Part shown: positions 1-8,770 of the stretch, piece by piece
How positions within the stretch are numbered: position 1 is the stretch's first letter
Layout of the letters: each line of letters begins with the position of its first letter
NCBI GenBank assembly: GCA_051294375.1
Contig: JBJCIZ010001162.1
Span: 1-8,770, forward strand
DNA length: 8,770 nucleotides
Direction of reading: 5' to 3'
Source: Paraspadella gotoi
Lineage: Eukaryota; Animalia; Chaetognatha
Notes under the pieces: generated by a model
Database searches by the model: none
Seen by the model: the letters and a program-made list of their open reading frames with translations, nothing else
Told to the model about the DNA's origin: nothing
Translations under genes and position numbers: made by a program

Positions 1-300
1 AAATTTGATCAATGCTTGGCCGGCGGTCGATTGAATTTCGTCTAGCCAATCAAATCCTAATCGCTCTCCTGAGTCTCCTCCAATCACATGTCTCCGCTTA
101 CCCAATTATCTCGGTTCGATCACCCGTAATCACTCACCCACAGGATTTTCGTTGAAAGGGAGTTTCCTTAGACATTAGACAATCTTTGAAATCTCGAAGG
201 GGAAAGACCGAAGGGTGAGATGGCGGAGGAAGCCTTCTCAGACTTATATTTTTTATCCGGAAACAAAAGGCAAATAACCTCGAAGGCGAGCAACAGATAA
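1..300 (+). CDS. Possible 3' end of an upstream gene, product unknown, strand uncertain
   Basis: Relatively GC-rich segment. One + frame reads NLEGERPKGEMAEEAFSDLYFLSGNKRQITSKASNR to TAA at 298-300, followed by a T-rich tract and AATAAA at 371-376. A minus-strand reading with an intron 137->42 (GTGAGT...TAG) is also possible. No domain recognised. Confidence 0.25.
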
Positions 301-752
301 TATGATTGTTAACATTTTTAAATAATATCCAACTATTGTTTCGTTTTTTTTTTTTTTTTTGTCGAGATGTAATAAATTATTTATCAATCTGATCCAGAAG
401 GAATATTATTCGAATGCTTTTCTTTACCTTGAAAAAAAAAAACATCAATCGTAAGAAATTCTCGCTCACGCTTAAAAACTCTTTTTAATTTATGCCTTTT
501 TTAAATTAAAAAAAATATTGTTCTTTTTTTATTTCAGATTTGTTTTTTTGCACTCTGACGCTTTGATCGATTTTCTGTCTCTCTCTCGCCCCTTAATGTC
601 GTTATAACCGGAAAACGTGAAGCAATCTCGTCATTTCGTCATCAACGACGTTGCGCGCCTGCGCAGTTGCGTCACTTCCGGTCGCAGTTCATCGGGAATT
701 CTCTTTCTCTCTTCCACTATTCCTCGCCCACGCGGTTCTGGTCCGATAAAAG

Positions 753-8679
<7,927 letters not shown>

Positions 8680-8770
8680 TTGACCAATCAGAGAGGAGGC
8701 TTCCCTCAGGAAACGGACGGCAGAGAAACGAGAGAGAGAAACTGATCACTCTCAACTTACCTTCAAGAAA

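Noticed and set aside
1-240. Minus-strand DRRPSIDQI resembling kinase subdomain XI
   Set aside because: Too short, and no other kinase motifs lie upstream on that strand within the window.

Overview
Eukaryotic, AT-rich, CpG-retaining DNA, probably from a non-vertebrate animal (taxon cannot be determined). It has short GT-AG introns and many microsatellites. Nothing prokaryotic was seen: no operon, CRISPR array, rRNA or tRNA. Almost every ORF in the supplied track is a simple-repeat or antisense artefact. Manual translation of the + strand shows a hidden multi-exon gene spanning most of the window (~753-8679). Its peptide fragments resemble, in the correct order, the four domains of the PXA-RGS-PX-PXC sorting nexins (SNX13/14/19/25, Mdm1-like): PXA (~2240-4570), RGS (~5640-6050), PX (~6300-6730) and Nexin_C/PXC (~7170-8400). 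The frame is broken by many 1-2 nt indels and some splice dinucleotides are damaged. Indels also disturb the microsatellites, so an uncorrected long read or unpolished assembly is the best explanation, with a pseudogene as the alternative. A housekeeping-type promoter (NRF1, overlapping ETS-CRE, YY1-like motifs) lies at ~605-840. Domain calls come from by-eye comparison with remembered family consensus, not from a search, and exon boundaries are approximate. I found no convincing new biological system; the most interesting item is this divergent RGS-PX gene.
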